A stretch of 63,365 nucleotides of DNA, filler included, from Malassezia furfur (taxonomy: Eukaryota), in NCBI GenBank assembly GCA_052055015.1. It is 27 parts of 27 records of this genome, joined end to end, with 100 filler letters (N's around TTAATTAATTAA, not from the genome) between each part and the next. Parts side by side here need not be neighbours in the genome. Positions count along the whole stretch, not along the records: positions 11,959 to 14,235 come from JBQJIT010000944.1; positions 14,336 to 16,609 come from JBQJIT010000945.1; positions 16,710 to 18,978 come from JBQJIT010000946.1; positions 19,079 to 21,345 come from JBQJIT010000947.1; positions 21,446 to 23,710 come from JBQJIT010000948.1; positions 23,811 to 26,075 come from JBQJIT010000949.1; 21 more parts are not named here. The stretch is one strand, 5' to 3'. A program made the translations under genes and the position numbers. Under the pieces are notes generated by a model. The model saw only the letters and a program-made list of their open reading frames with translations. It did not search any database and had not been told where the DNA came from. This document shows positions 12,593-24,695 of this stretch, one piece after another; the first letter of the stretch is position 1, and each line of letters starts with the position of its first letter.

Positions 12593-14235
12593 ATGGGCGC
12601 GTCGACCTTGCGCGTGCTCACTGCGCCGTCGTCCGACACGAGCGAATTACCGACGCTGGTGCTGCAGTGTGACGCGACGAAATACCTCTTCAATGCGGGC
12701 GAAGGCACCACACGCTCGTCCGCCCAGCGCCGGTCCTCGAATGCGCGCGTCGAGCATGTGTTTGTCTCGCGCGTCGCGTCCGAAGCCATCGGCGGGATAC
12801 CCGGGCTTCTCATGACCATGGCCGACGGCGGGAAGACGTCGGTCGACGTGCATGGTCCGCCCAACACGCGCTATGCGCTCGCCACCACACGCTTCTACGC
12901 CAAGCGCGACAAAATGCACGTCCGCGTGCACGACGTGCCGCTCCATGCGGACGACGCGCGCCCGTGCTTCGAGGACGAGCACATCGCGGTGTACGCGGTG
13001 CCGGTCGTGCCTGGCGGCGTGCCAAGTGCGCCTGCGCCAGCGCCTGGACACACGCCGTCTTACGTGCCCGACGACGAGCCATGGCGCGATCCCAAGTGGA
13101 CGCCGACGGCGCTGCGCGGCGCCGACGCCGACCGCTGGTACACCAGCGTCCTCGAGGATGCGTGGGGGGCCAAGTACGCAGGCGACGCTCGGTCGTGGAC
13201 ACCGGCGCGCATCGCGCACGCGCTGCCGCCGCCGCCGGTGCCCCCGCGCCATACCGGCGCCGAGCCGGGGCGCCAGGCGCCCGTGCTGTGCTACATCTGT
13301 GCCGGTGCAACGCAGCGCGGCAAGTTTGACGCCCAGCGCGCCGCAGCGCTCGGTCTCGCCCCCGGCCCCGACTTTGCGCGCCTGACGCGCGGCGAAGCGG
13401 TGCACATCGAGCGGCCGACGGTGTGGGCGACGCTGACCGACGCCGAGCGCACGCAGTGGCTGCGCTCCCGCGCGCCGCGGCGCGCGCAAAAAGGGCGCCC
13501 GGCGGCCGAGGTGCCCGCATACGCGCTCGAGCGCGTCACGCTGCGCAGCACCGACGTCGTCGGCGCCGCACGCGCCGGCCCTGTCTTTTTCTACGTGACG
13601 CTGCCGACCACGGAGCACCTCGATGCATTCCTGGCGCCGCACACGCAGCGGGCCTTTGCCCCGTATACCCATGCCGCGAACGCCGCGCGGCCGCCCGAGC
13701 AGCACACCATGCCGCACGTCATCGTGCATGCGGCGCCGCCCGCCGTCCTCCAAGACGCGCGGTACGTCGCGTGGATGCAGTCGTTTGGGCCCGCGTGCTA
13801 CCACCTCGTGGCGAACCGCGCGCAATGTGCGGACCGGCTGATGTACACGTCCAGCGCACTCACGCTGCTCCGCCTCGCGCGCCTCGATGCCGACATGTAT
13901 GCGGTGCCAGGCTATGCGCTCACACCGCAGATCGCGTGCGACGGCGCGCGTGTGCAGCCGGCGTCCGAGGACATGGTCATTGGCCTGCAGCCGCGCGCGG
14001 CGCCCAAGCAGCTCGTGCCGAGCGCGCCGGTCTTCGACGCGCCGCTCGCCAAGATGGATGCGCGGCTCGCGGAGCATGCGACACCCGAGGCCGCCGACGC
14101 GTGGGCGCAGTACGAGACGGCGGTCGCGCGTGTGCATGCGACGCCGCCCGTCGCTGGGACGAGCGCCGCGGACGCACTGACGTTCACGACGCTCGGCACC
14201 GGCAGCTCGGCGCCGTCCAAGTACCGCAACGTGCT
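12593..14235 (+). CDS. TRZ1: tRNase Z, long form (3' truncated)
   Basis: KYLFNAGEGTTR, exosite RGKFDAQRAAALGLAPGPDF, and motif I TLGTGSSAPSKYRNV. Confidence 0.92.
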
Positions 14236-14335
14236 NNNNNNNNNNNNNNNNNNNNNNNNNNNNNNNNNNNNNNNNNNNNTTAATTAATTAANNNNNNNNN
14301 NNNNNNNNNNNNNNNNNNNNNNNNNNNNNNNNNNN

Positions 14336-16609
14336 CGCCCGGTTCGCCGGCGCGCCCGCCGCCGAGCCCTGCGGGTGCGGGTGAAAAGGGCGCGTCGGCG
14401 CTGCAGCGCCCGAATGCGCCGGCGCTCGCGCCGCTCAACACCACGGCGGTCACCACCGAGCACGCCCAAGGCACGCCCAAGACGGCCGACAGCGTTCCGC
14501 CGTCGGTCACCTCACCAGTGCTCGAGCGCCTGGCCAACATCCATCCCACGGTCCCTAACCCGCTTGGGCAGCAGGCGGGTGCGGGCGCGGCGATGAGCCC
14601 GACCGGGTCGACGCGCGACGTGCTCGGTGGCTCGCGCGTGGGCTACTCGACGTTTGCCGGCGGCACAGGCAACGGCCCCGTGCCGTCCGAGTCGATGGCC
14701 TCGCCGGCGCCCACGGCGAACGGCGTGCCGCGCTCGCCTTCGGCGGCGACGGGCGATGGACCGATGCTGGACCACAGCCATTTGCAGCCCGGCGAGACGG
14801 TGTCGCTCCTGAGCCACACCGAGACGCTCGACATGTACCGGCAGAATGCCAAAAAGACCAACGACCCCCAGCTGAACTACCAGCTGGCGGTGTTTATGCT
14901 GGACGTGGCGCACTCGCTCGAGAACGCCCCCGAGAACCCCAACACGGAGCACGACAACGAGACGGAGCGCGAGGCACTCATCAAGGAGGCCACCTCGCTG
15001 CTCAAGAAGCTCGCCGACCGCGGTCACTGCGACAGCCAGTACCTGATCGGTGACTGCTGTGCAAACGGGTTCGGGACGTCCAAGGGCAAGCAGAACTTTG
15101 GGCAGGCGTACATCTACTTTACGCTCGCCGCCAAGCACGGCCACCCGGACGCCGCCTACCGCGCGGGGACCTGCTACGAAAAGGGCTGGGGCTGCCGCCG
15201 CGACGCGGGCAAGGCCGTGCAGTTCTACCGCAAGGCGGCGAGCCTCGGTCACCCCGGCGCACAGTACCGCCTCGGCACCGCGGAGCTCAACGGCGAACTG
15301 GGCCTCAAGCGCAGCGCGCGCGAGGGCGTCAAGTGGCTCAAGCGCAGCGCCGAGGGCGCCACGCCCGAGTTCCCGCACGCACTCCACGAGCTGGCGCTGC
15401 TCCACGAAAAGGGCGTGCACAATGTGCTCTTCCCCGACCCCGAGTACAGCTGCGAGCTGCTGGCGCTCGCATGCGAGATGGGCTACGCGCCCAGTGCGTA
15501 CAAGCTGGGCGTGAACTACGAGTACGGGCGCATGGGCTGCCCGCAGGACGGCGGACTGAGCATCCACATGTACAACATCGCCGCGCAGCAGAACCACAAG
15601 GAGGCGTGCTTTGCGCTCACCGCGTGGTACCTCGTGGGCGCGCCGGGCATCCTGCCGCAGAGCGACACCGAGGCCTACCTGTGGGCGCGCCGCGCCGCCG
15701 AGCAGGGCCTCGCCAAGGCCGAGTACGCGTGTGGCTACTTCTCCGAGATGGGCGTCGGCACCAAAAAGGACCCGGCCGAGGCCAAGGGGTGGTACCAGCT
15801 CGCCGCCGAGCACGGCGACAAGCGCGCACACCAGCGCCTTGCCTCCCTTTCGGGCTACACGGCGAAGCGGCCCACCACGCAGGCGACGCATCCGCCTTCG
15901 GACGAGTCGCACGCCGTGCCGGTGCAGCCGCTCAGCGCGCCCTTTCCCGGCTCGCCCGTGAACAGCACCGCACGCACGCTCGGCGTGCTCAAGTTCCCCA
16001 CGCCCAAGGCCATGCGCGAGACGCAGGCGTTCCAGCGCGACTTGCACTACCAGACCCTCGTGGCGATCACCAATGAGCGCGAACGTAGCCGCGAACGCGA
16101 GGCGCTCGGCATCGCCTCGCCCTCTTCGTCGTCGCTGCCGGGGCAGCCGCTGCCCAAGACGGCCACGCCAGTGCGTCCGCCGCCCGTGATGGGCCGCAAG
16201 GCCGTGCGGCTCGGCAGCGAGCCGAAGCCGATGATCCAGGCAGGGCCGCGCGCCGGATTTGCGCCGCCGCCACCCAAGCCGGAGCCGGTGGCGCCCGTCG
16301 TCGAAGAGCCCAAGCCCAAGGAGGGCGGCAGCAAGACGTTTGGCGGACTGGGTGCCAAGCTGTTCGGCTCCAAGGCCAAGAACGCCACCGCCTCGCCGCC
16401 GCCCACGGACGCGGGCGCCAAGTCGCCCGCCGCTGCGGACGGCGCGCAGAGCGCACAGGGCACGCCATCGGTCGGCACGACGCCCAACCCAGGCGCCGTG
16501 TCACCGACGATGCCGGGCGCACCGGGCGCATCTGGTGCGCAGAACGCGCCCGATGCACCCAGCGCGCAGAACGTGCCGGGTGCGCCGGGCGCACCTGGCG
16601 CTCCAGGCG
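14336..16609 (+). CDS. CHS4: Chitin synthase activator Chs4/Skt5 with SEL1 repeats (fragment)
   Basis: LDMYRQNAKKTND, AAKHGHPDAAYRAG, GVKWLKRSA, SIHMYNIAA, WYLVGAPGILPQSDTEAYLWA. Confidence 0.88.
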
Positions 16610-16808
16610 NNNNNNNNNNNNNNNNNNNNNNNNNNNNNNNNNNNNNNNNNNNNTTAATTAATTAANNNNNNNNNNNNNNNNNNNNNNNNNNNNNNNNNNN
16701 NNNNNNNNNGGGAGTTGGGAGGTAAAGGAAGGGGGATAAGGACATAGAGCACAGCGCAGGGCATGTACGTGCCGGTATGATGCATGCACGTCGCAAACGA
16801 CTACGTGT

Positions 16809-17352
16809 CTACGTGCGCTCGGGGTTGAGCTTCAGGCCCGAAACGTCAATCTCACCGCCCACAGGCAGGTTGCGGCGGGGGAACTGCTCAAACGCACTGA
16901 GTCGGTCAGCCACGGTGCTAGGACGTACTTCAGGTTGATCACGCGGTGCGCGCTCGGCTTCTGCGCGTCCTGGATCAGCAGCTGCGACTCGGCCTTCTTC
17001 ATCGCCCAGTCGAGGTGCCGCTGGTTGTTCGCCGCCGTGTCTTCGGCAGAGGTCGAGAGCGACTCAATCAGGCGCGTAATCGCCGAAGGCTCCTCGGACG
17101 CCTTCTTGTTGCTCGTCAGGCGGTACGCCGCCCACCCGCCGACGGCGGCCAGCAGGCCGTACTTCCACAGCGACGAGTTGAAGCCTGTGTGAGTGCTTTC
17201 CCAAACGCACCCTCAGCCGGGTACTCGGCGGTCTGCGCCGCGGACGTCGGCGCGTGCTCACCACACGCCACGCGCGAGGTATGCAGAGTGCGTGCACCCG
17301 CCCGCAGCGCGGGCGACGCAGCGATACGCGAGCGGAGCGCCAGGATCACCAT
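16809..17352 (-). CDS. Probable mitochondrial complex I accessory subunit (fungal 17.8 kDa type); introns 17185-17210 and 16897-16928
   Basis: The spliced product has an Arg-rich presequence, YPAEGFNSSLWKYGL, one TM segment, ITRLIE, NQRHL and ends FEQFPRRNLPVGGEIDVSGLKLNPERT*. Confidence 0.65.
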
Positions 17353-17401
17353 AGTTCGTCGACAGCCGCCCTCGCTCGCGGCCGGCCGACCACGAGGCGA
17401 G

Positions 17402-17410
17402 GTCACGTGA
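17402..17410. promoter_or_regulatory. RTCACGTG E-box (Cbf1/CDEI-like) in a divergent promoter; representative of 8 upstream copies
   Basis: GTCACGTGA lies between ATGs at 17352(-) and 17435(+). Other copies start at 1720, 10759, 12375, 21576, 23439, 44541 and 47515. Confidence 0.55.
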
Positions 17411-17434
17411 GACCGCGCCTCGGTCGCGACGGCC

Positions 17435-17863
17435 ATGCAGGTGCGCTGCGTGTTGGGGGGTGCGGCGCTGCTCGCCGTCGTCGCAGCGCACGCGCACGAT
17501 GCACAGGACGCGCGCGGCGATATGCTGCGGCGCGCCAAGCCGCTGTCTTCCGCAGCACACGTACCAGACACCCACGCAATGCCAGCCGACGCTCATACGC
17601 ACGCAATGTACCGCGCCGCTAAGCCGGCACACGCCGCCCACCCCCCCGCAAACACCGCGTTCGCCGTGCTGCGCGACGCACCGCATATCCCGCAGGGCCC
17701 GCCGCGTAAGCACCTCGCATCCGGCGCCGTGATTGGCATCTCGATCGCCTTGGGCCTCGGCGTCGCGTTCCTCGTAGGCTGCGTCACCGTCTTGGGCGCG
17801 GTGTGGACGCACACACACACCCGTCCAGCGCCCTTGACGGCCGCGGCGAAACGCGCACCGTGA
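17435..17863 (+). CDS. Small predicted single-pass membrane protein
   Basis: Signal-peptide-like N-terminus and a TM segment GAVIGISIALGLGVAFLVGCVTVLGAVW; divergent from the preceding gene. Confidence 0.5.
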   Translation: MQVRCVLGGAALLAVVAAHAHDAQDARGDMLRRAKPLSSAAHVPDTHAMPADAHTHAMYRAAKPAHAAHPPANTAFAVLRDAPHIPQGPPRKHLASGAVIGISIALGLGVAFLVGCVTVLGAVWTHTHTRPAPLTAAAKRAP

Positions 17864-17964
17864 TCTGCGCCGCACCGCACCCGCACCGCACGCCCCGCGC
17901 TCCGCGCGCACGTTGGACCCCTCGCCCCTATGTCCACGTGGCGTGGCCCCTGCGCTCGACTACG

Positions 17965-18978
17965 ATGGCGCCCGCCGGTGCGCCGCGCTTGGGGGCGGCG
18001 GGGGCCATAGCAGCCCTCGCCGAGTTGATTGTACATACCCTGCTCGTACTATGCATGATGATGCCCGTGTTTGGCGCGCTCATCCGCGTGCGCGCCGCCT
18101 ACCGCCCCGTGGCATCCGACAGCGCAGCGCCGACGTCCGCACCGGCGCCGCGCGCCTACACCGGCGTGCGTGCGTTTGTTCGCGGACTGTTTTCGCACTG
18201 GGACGATTTCGTGCACGAGATCCGGCGCACACGCCGCATGGAGGGCGTACGGGGTCTGTACCGTGGCACGACGGTGGCCCTCGTGCAGATCGTCGGCGAG
18301 ACGCTTCTGTCGTTCCTCGTGTACGAGCGTGCCAGCATGCTCGGGAGCACGTTAGGGCGCCTCCCGCGCTGGCTGCGTATTGCCGGCTCGTCTTTGGTGC
18401 TCACGCTGGCCGACCTGCCGTTCGATGTCGTCCTGCAGCGGTACGTTCGAGGCACACTGACCCAGCACCGTCACATGTACGCCGCGTGTGGCATGGTGGA
18501 ACGTGCGCGCGAGCTTTGCGCAGCTCCTGTCGCGCGACGAGCTGCGTGCGCCGTGGCGGCTGTATGCCCTGCCCGGCCTGCTGCCGGCGATGCTCCTGCG
18601 CAAGGTGTGGGCGACGGGGCTGCTGCTCCTCTTCCAGGACGCGCTGCTCCCGCGGTTCGTCGCCGTCAAGGGCGATGCAACGCCGGGGCCCGACGGCCCC
18701 AACGTGCACACGATCTCGTTCAGCTGGGTGCATCTGCTCGGCTACGTTGTATGGAATGTACTGAGCCTCGTCGTTGCGCTGCCGCTCGACTGCATCATCA
18801 CGCGGCTCATCACGCAGCGCGACACGCAGGCGTACGCGCCGATCGACGCGGAAGACCAGCGCGTCGCCGACGACGCGGAAGACGCGGAAGACGCGCCGAG
18901 CGCGGCACGTGCCGACGACGGCCGAAGCGAGGCGCCGCGCGCGGCGCCCGCGGCGGACTGCCTCTCGCCCGCCTGCTC
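17965..18978 (+). CDS. Divergent mitochondrial-carrier-like membrane protein (3' truncated); intron 18441-18465
   Basis: Carrier-like motifs EGVRGLYRG, PFDVVLQR and PLDCIITRL. A 25-nt intron joins the two ORF frames. Confidence 0.65.
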
Positions 18979-19078
18979 NNNNNNNNNNNNNNNNNNNNNN
19001 NNNNNNNNNNNNNNNNNNNNNNTTAATTAATTAANNNNNNNNNNNNNNNNNNNNNNNNNNNNNNNNNNNNNNNNNNNN

Positions 19079-20965
19079 AGTCGGGCGAGTTGGGCGCGTT
19101 GAAGTGGTCGATCGCGCGGTTGCGCGTCTCGGACGAGACGGTGCCGTCGAGGCGCTGGTGCACGTAGCCGCGCAGCGACAGGTAGTCCGACAGGATGTCG
19201 AGCATGCGCACCATCTGGCTAAAGATGAGCACGCGGTGGCCGTTCGCCTTGAGCCGCGCAAGCAGCTTGTCGAGCAGCACCATCTTGCCCGAGTGCATGA
19301 TCAGGCCGCGCAGCGTCTCCTCGCGGCTCTGCGACGGGGGCTCCGCGCCGTCAAACAGGTACGGGTGGTTCGACGCCTTTTTCAGCTCGATCGCAATGTT
19401 CAGCAGCGAGAACTGGGTGGAGGTCGCGCCGCTGAGCAGCGCGTAGTTGCGCGTGAGGATCGCCTTGTACATGCGCTGCTGCATCGCCGACATCTCGACG
19501 CGCAGAATCTGCTCAGACTTGGTCGGGAGCTCCTTGACGACGTCGCGCTTCAGGCGGCGGAGCATGACGTTCTCGAGGCGCTGGTGCAGCTCCTGGATCT
19601 TGGCCTGGTCGACGCTGTTAATGTCAAAGTCGCTCTCCAGGTCGAACTGGTCGGGGCGCAAAAAGTGCAGCAGCGCCGTGAGCTCCTTGACGTTGTTCTG
19701 CAGCGGCGTGCCGGTGATGAGCAGCTTGCCCGCACAGTGGAACGAGTAGAGCGCCTCGTACAGCTGCGACTCGGCGTTCTTCAGGCGGTGCGCCTCGTCC
19801 ACGGCGAGGAACTGCCACTTGATCGGCTGCAGCTCCGCGCGGTCCTTCAGGATGAACTCGTACGTGGTGAGCAGCACGTTGATGCGCATCTTGCGCACCG
19901 GGCCAAACTCGTACTCGCGGATTACCTCGCGGCTGCGCGAGTTGCCCATGTACGCAATCACGTTCATGTCCGGCGCCCAGTGCTCAAACTGCGCCTGCCA
20001 CGCGGGCAGCGTCGAGAGCGGCACGACGACCAGCATCGGGCCGTACTGGTAGCACGAGTGGAAGAGGTACGAGAGGAAGGCGACCGTCTGCACCGTCTTG
20101 CCCAGACCCATCTCGTCGGCGAGAATCCCGTTCTCGTTCTTGCTCCAGAGGTACGCCAGCCAGTTGAGGCCGGTCATCTGGAAGTCCTTCAGTGTGCCGT
20201 GGTCGCCGATGTACTTGGGCTGCTCCGTCATGCGCACGTACGGCGGCCGCCCGCGCGAAAACGTCTCGCTGCGGCTCGGCACGGTGACCGCCGTCGCGCG
20301 CCGCAGGTAGGCATCGATCGCAGGGCGCGCAATCGGCCCAATCTCCTCCTCCGACTCCCACGAGCAGTCCGCATAGCTCAGGCCTTTCCACTTGCACAAG
20401 AAGGCCAGGTGGGGGTACGGCACGTCCTTGGTCGGCTCGTTGTCGCGCTGCGCAATCACGCGCTCCACCGTGCGATATGAGGCGAGCAGCTCGCGCTGCC
20501 GCTCGCGCTGGATCTGCAGCGTCTCGAGGTCCTCGCGCGTCGCTTCGGGGTTCGTCGAGATGTCGTGGATCGGCTGCCAGACGCTCTTGATGTAGTTGTT
20601 CACGCGCTTGAAGCCGGGGAAGCGCTTCAGAAACTCGTACAGCTCGTGCGTGTCGTGCAGGTGCGAATAGCCCTTCCACTTGATCACGAACCGCATGTTC
20701 TCCGTAGGGATGTCCTCGGGGTCGTCGAGGTGCGCCTCGTCCCGCTCGTGCCCGAACACACCCTCAATCTGGTCCTCTTCGGTCTCCACGACGGGCGCCG
20801 CAGCGGCCTCGACGTGGTCCTCGAACGGGTCGTCTTCGTCGCTGATCTCGTGGTAGTCCTCGGTATAGTTGGTCATTTTCCGCCCGTTTCGGCTCGACAT
20901 GCGCACGGCCATACCCCATTCGCTCTGCTCCGGCGCACTGCGTCGCCGACGCTTCGCAGGGAACG

Positions 20966-20998
<33 letters not shown>

Positions 20999-21293
20999 CG
21001 GCATCGTCGCTCGCCGACGGGCTGGGCGCCGCATCGCTCGTCGCGCGCTCGTCGTCACTTGCGTCGCTCTGTACGTAGGAGCGGCGAGCCGGCGCACGTC
21101 CCGAGCGACGCAGACCATACAAGTCTGGGTTGTTTTCTGCCTCGATGAGCTCCTGACGCGCATGCCGCCGCGACTCGGACACCGTCGCGGCGACCGGGGT
21201 TGGGGTGCGGTGCTCCTCCGCATCGCGCCCCACATCCATCTCACTAGGGCCTGCCGGCGCTGGAGGGGTCAGAGGGTCGTACGTACACGTCAT
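19079..21293 (-). CDS. CHD1: Chromodomain helicase Chd1 (3' truncated); candidate in-frame intron 21260-21286
   Basis: Two chromodomains ([19 protein letters not shown]), [40 protein letters not shown]. Confidence 0.96.
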
Positions 21294-21445
21294 TCTCGCC
21301 CACGCCCGTGGTCGTCGTCGTTCGCGCCGAAAACGTCGTGCCGAGNNNNNNNNNNNNNNNNNNNNNNNNNNNNNNNNNNNNNNNNNNNNTTAATTAATTA
21401 ANNNNNNNNNNNNNNNNNNNNNNNNNNNNNNNNNNNNNNNNNNNN

Positions 21446-21572
21446 TCGCAGGCGCCGGCGCGGACTTGCGCGCCGCACTCGACGCGGCCGCCGCGCGCGG
21501 CACATAGCTCGACGCGTAGCGCACCCCCGCACGCAGAAGCACAGACCCTGACAAACGACCGAGGGTGGACAT
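21446..21572 (-). CDS. N-terminus of a probable mitochondrial protein
   Basis: MSTLGRLSGSVLLRAGVRYASS looks like a mitochondrial presequence; truncated by the spacer. Confidence 0.45.
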
Positions 21573-21651
21573 GGTGTCACGTGCTGGGCTCCGGCGAACG
21601 CGCTGCGCGTTTTTTTCTTTCGAATAAAGCGTTCCCCCCACCTCCGCAAGC

Positions 21652-23358
21652 ATGGCACGAGGGGTACGCGTCGTGGACGCCGCCGACGATGCACCGACCA
21701 GCGACAGCAAGATGCGCATCGGAGGCGACGAGGAATCGGTCGACTCGCACACGCTCGTCGCGCGCGAGCTCGGCGTCTCGACGCAGTACGAGCGCCAGGT
21801 GCTCCTCGTGAACAAGGCGCTGAACGAAGAGATCGGGTTCGGCGCGTTCCAGATCAAGCTCACCTTCCTCGCGGGCTTCGGCTGGCTCGCGGACAACATC
21901 TGGTTCGAGATCCTCGCGATGACGCTGCCGCAGGCCAAGCTCGAGTTCCAGCCGACGCACGTCGCGTTTGCGACCTTTTCGCTCTACTGCGGCCTGCTCA
22001 TCGGGTCCACGTTCTGGGGCCTGTGCTCGGACATCATCGGACGCCGGCCGTCGTGGAACATTTCGCTGTTCCTCTCGGCCGCATTCGGTATCGCGGTCGG
22101 CGGCGCGCCCAGCTTCCCGGTGATGTGTGTCCTGCTCGGCTGCCTCGGCCTCGGCCTCGGCGGCAATTTGCCGGTGGACGGCGCGATGCTGATCGAGTAC
22201 ATCCCGGGGCCCTACCAGTGGATCCTGACCTTCCTCTCGCTCTTCTGGTCCCTCGGCCAGCTGTTCGCGGCGGTCATCGGCTGGGCCTTCATCACCAACT
22301 TCCACTGCACCACCGCCGACGACTGCACGTGGAAGGGCAATGCCGGCTGGCGCTACTCGTGGTTCCTGCTGGGCGGCGTGGTGCTGCTCATGTGGGTGAT
22401 CCGGTTCTTTGTGTACCCGATCCCCGAGTCGCCCAAGTACCTGCTCGCAACGAACCGCGTCGAGGAGGCGTTCGAGGTGATCGAGTTTATCGCGCGCGAG
22501 AACAAGCGCACCACCTCGCTCACCCTCGAGAAGCTGCGCCACGCGGGGCTCGGGCACACGGTCGACGTCGAGCGCGACCGCACGGCGTATGAGGCGGCGT
22601 GCGCTGAGAAGGAGGAAAAGACGGCCGCGTCCACATTGGAGGTGCGCCCGCCCAAGCCCAAACGCGGCCTGCTGTACGAGACGATGGCCTGGAGCGACGC
22701 GCTGCGCCCGAGCCGCATCGTGCAGACCTACCGCGCGATGCACCGCTCGCCGATCTCGGCGCTGTTCGCCTCGCCCAAGATGACGCTCAACACGCTGCTG
22801 ATCTGTGCGTGCTGGGGCGCGATCGGCCTGTCCTACCCGCTGTACAACTCGTTCATCGCCATCTACCTGCAGCACGCGGGCGTCAGCGACGGCGCCAACT
22901 CGCTCTCGGACGAGTACCGCCAGCTGGTCGAGATCGCCGTGTGCGGTATCCCCGGCAGCCTGATGGCGGCGGCGATGGTCGAGCTGCCGTACGCCGGGCG
23001 CCGCTGGAGCATGGCGTTCTTTACCGCGCTGACGGGCGTCTTCTTGTTCCTCTTCACGACGGCCAAGACGTCGAATGCGGTGCTGGGGTGGAACTGTGCC
23101 GCGAGTCTCACGCAAAATGCCATGTATGCGATCCTTTACGCAATCACCTACGAAGTGTTCCCTGCACCGCAGCGCGGCACGGGCGACGGGCTGTCGATGA
23201 GCACGCAGCGCGTGTTTGGCGTCGTCGCCACGATCATTGCCGTGTACAAAAGCGAGGAGTTTACGGCGCCCATCTACATCTCAGCCTCCTTCTTCCTTCT
23301 TTCCGCCGTGCTCATGGTCTTCCTCCCGTACGAGCCGCGTGGCCACGACTCGTTCTGA
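21652..23358 (+). CDS. MFS transporter (SV2/sugar-porter-like), complete
   Basis: GFGWLADN, SDIIGRR, GGNLPVD, PESPKYL, EVFPAPQRGTG and about 12 hydrophobic segments. Confidence 0.92.
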   Translation: MARGVRVVDAADDAPTSDSKMRIGGDEESVDSHTLVARELGVSTQYERQVLLVNKALNEEIGFGAFQIKLTFLAGFGWLADNIWFEILAMTLPQAKLEFQPTHVAFATFSLYCGLLIGSTFWGLCSDIIGRRPSWNISLFLSAAFGIAVGGAPSFPVMCVLLGCLGLGLGGNLPVDGAMLIEYIPGPYQWILTFLSLFWSLGQLFAAVIGWAFITNFHCTTADDCTWKGNAGWRYSWFLLGGVVLLMWVIRFFVYPIPESPKYLLATNRVEEAFEVIEFIARENKRTTSLTLEKLRHAGLGHTVDVERDRTAYEAACAEKEEKTAASTLEVRPPKPKRGLLYETMAWSDALRPSRIVQTYRAMHRSPISALFASPKMTLNTLLICACWGAIGLSYPLYNSFIAIYLQHAGVSDGANSLSDEYRQLVEIAVCGIPGSLMAAAMVELPYAGRRWSMAFFTALTGVFLFLFTTAKTSNAVLGWNCAASLTQNAMYAILYAITYEVFPAPQRGTGDGLSMSTQRVFGVVATIIAVYKSEEFTAPIYISASFFLLSAVLMVFLPYEPRGHDSF

Positions 23359-23486
23359 TTTGTCCGCACCGATGGTGTGCGCGGCGCGCTCTCTTGTACC
23401 ATACACATAGCGGGCTCGGGGCCCTCGATGTCGCAATTGTCACGTGCACGGAAGACGCCCGTCGGGTGCCCTGCCCCTCGTCTACG

Positions 23487-23710
23487 ATGATGCTGCTCGG
23501 TGCTCGGCAGATGGCCCGCCAGCCCGCGGGCCTTGCACACCTGTTCTCTACGTCGGCGCGTGCCGCGGACGCCGCCCACAAGGTGGTGGTCGTCGGCGGC
23601 GGCACGGCCGGCCTCACCGTCTCGTCGGAGCTGCTGCGCTCGGGCAAGTTTGCCCCGAACGACATCGCGGTCGTCGACCCGAGCCAGTGGCACGACTACC
23701 AGCCCGGCTG
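23487..23710 (+). CDS. Mitochondrial sulfide:quinone oxidoreductase (Hmt2/SQOR-like), N-terminus
   Basis: Presequence followed by the FAD-binding HKVVVVGGGTAG and IAVVDPSQWHDYQPG. Confidence 0.85.
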
Positions 23711-23810
23711 NNNNNNNNNNNNNNNNNNNNNNNNNNNNNNNNNNNNNNNNNNNNTTAATTAATTAANNNNNNNNNNNNNNNNNNNNNNNNNNNNNNNNNN
23801 NNNNNNNNNN

Positions 23811-24695
23811 CTGCATTTCCGCAAGAATGGCGACATGGTGCTGGGTCACGAAGGTGTCGGTGTCATCTCGCAGGTGGGAAAAGACGTCGACTTCCTCAAG
23901 GTGGGCGACCGTGTCGGCTGGGGCTGCAACCACAATGCCTGCAACCACTGCAAGCAATGTTGGAACGGTGTCGACACGCTGTGCCCGCACCGAGCTATGT
24001 ACTCTATGACGGACCGTGAATTTGGCAGCTTTGGTGACCGTGCGGTGCTGAGTGGCTATTTTGTGCACAAGATCCCGGATGGGCTCCCGTTGAAGTATGC
24101 TGGCCCCTTGCAGTGTGGTGGAGCGACAGTGTATGGTGCTATCGTCAAGGCGGATGTGCGGCCGATCGAACGCGTGGGCGTTGTGGGTCTGGGTGGTCTG
24201 GGTCATCTGGCAGTGCAATACCTGAACAAGATGGGCTGTGAGGTGGTGGTGTTTAGCCACTCAGAGAAAAAGAGGGATGAGGCAATGAAGCTTGGCGCGC
24301 ACGAGTTTGTGGCTGTGAAGGAGAACCCCGAGCTGAAGGACGTGAAGCCCATCAACCATTTGCTGGTATCTACGAGTCAACAGCCGGACTGGGAGCTTTT
24401 CTTCAAGGTTATGGCGCCGCGTGGCTCGATCATTCCGCTGTCTGTGTCTTTTGAGGAAATGAAGCACCCTTATGGCCAGATTCTTGCACAAGAACTGAGA
24501 ATCACCGGCAGTCTTGTGGCCCGTCGTGAAGTTCACAAGGAGATGCTCCAGTTCTCTGCACGCCACAAGATTTACCCCTGGATCGAGGAAATGTCCATGA
24601 CGGAAGAGAATCTCAACACGGCGTTTGACCGTCTCGAGAAGGGTGATGTGCGCTATCGGTTTGTGCTCAAGTCGCAGCGGACGGATGCCGAGTGA
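23811..24695 (+). CDS. Zn-dependent, probably NADP(H)-linked alcohol dehydrogenase (CAD/Adh6-like), copy 1, 5' truncated
   Basis: GHEGVG, VGDRVGWG, structural Zn site CNHCKQC-x7-C, LQCGGATVY, GLGGLGH, FSHSEKKRDEAMKLGA, GDVRYRFVL. Confidence 0.93.
   Translation: MHFRKNGDMVLGHEGVGVISQVGKDVDFLKVGDRVGWGCNHNACNHCKQCWNGVDTLCPHRAMYSMTDREFGSFGDRAVLSGYFVHKIPDGLPLKYAGPLQCGGATVYGAIVKADVRPIERVGVVGLGGLGHLAVQYLNKMGCEVVVFSHSEKKRDEAMKLGAHEFVAVKENPELKDVKPINHLLVSTSQQPDWELFFKVMAPRGSIIPLSVSFEEMKHPYGQILAQELRITGSLVARREVHKEMLQFSARHKIYPWIEEMSMTEENLNTAFDRLEKGDVRYRFVLKSQRTDAE

Noticed and set aside
16500..16609. PGAPGA-type repeats at the end of the CHS4 fragment
   Set aside because: Short low-complexity tail cut by the contig end; too little sequence to support a collagen-like domain.
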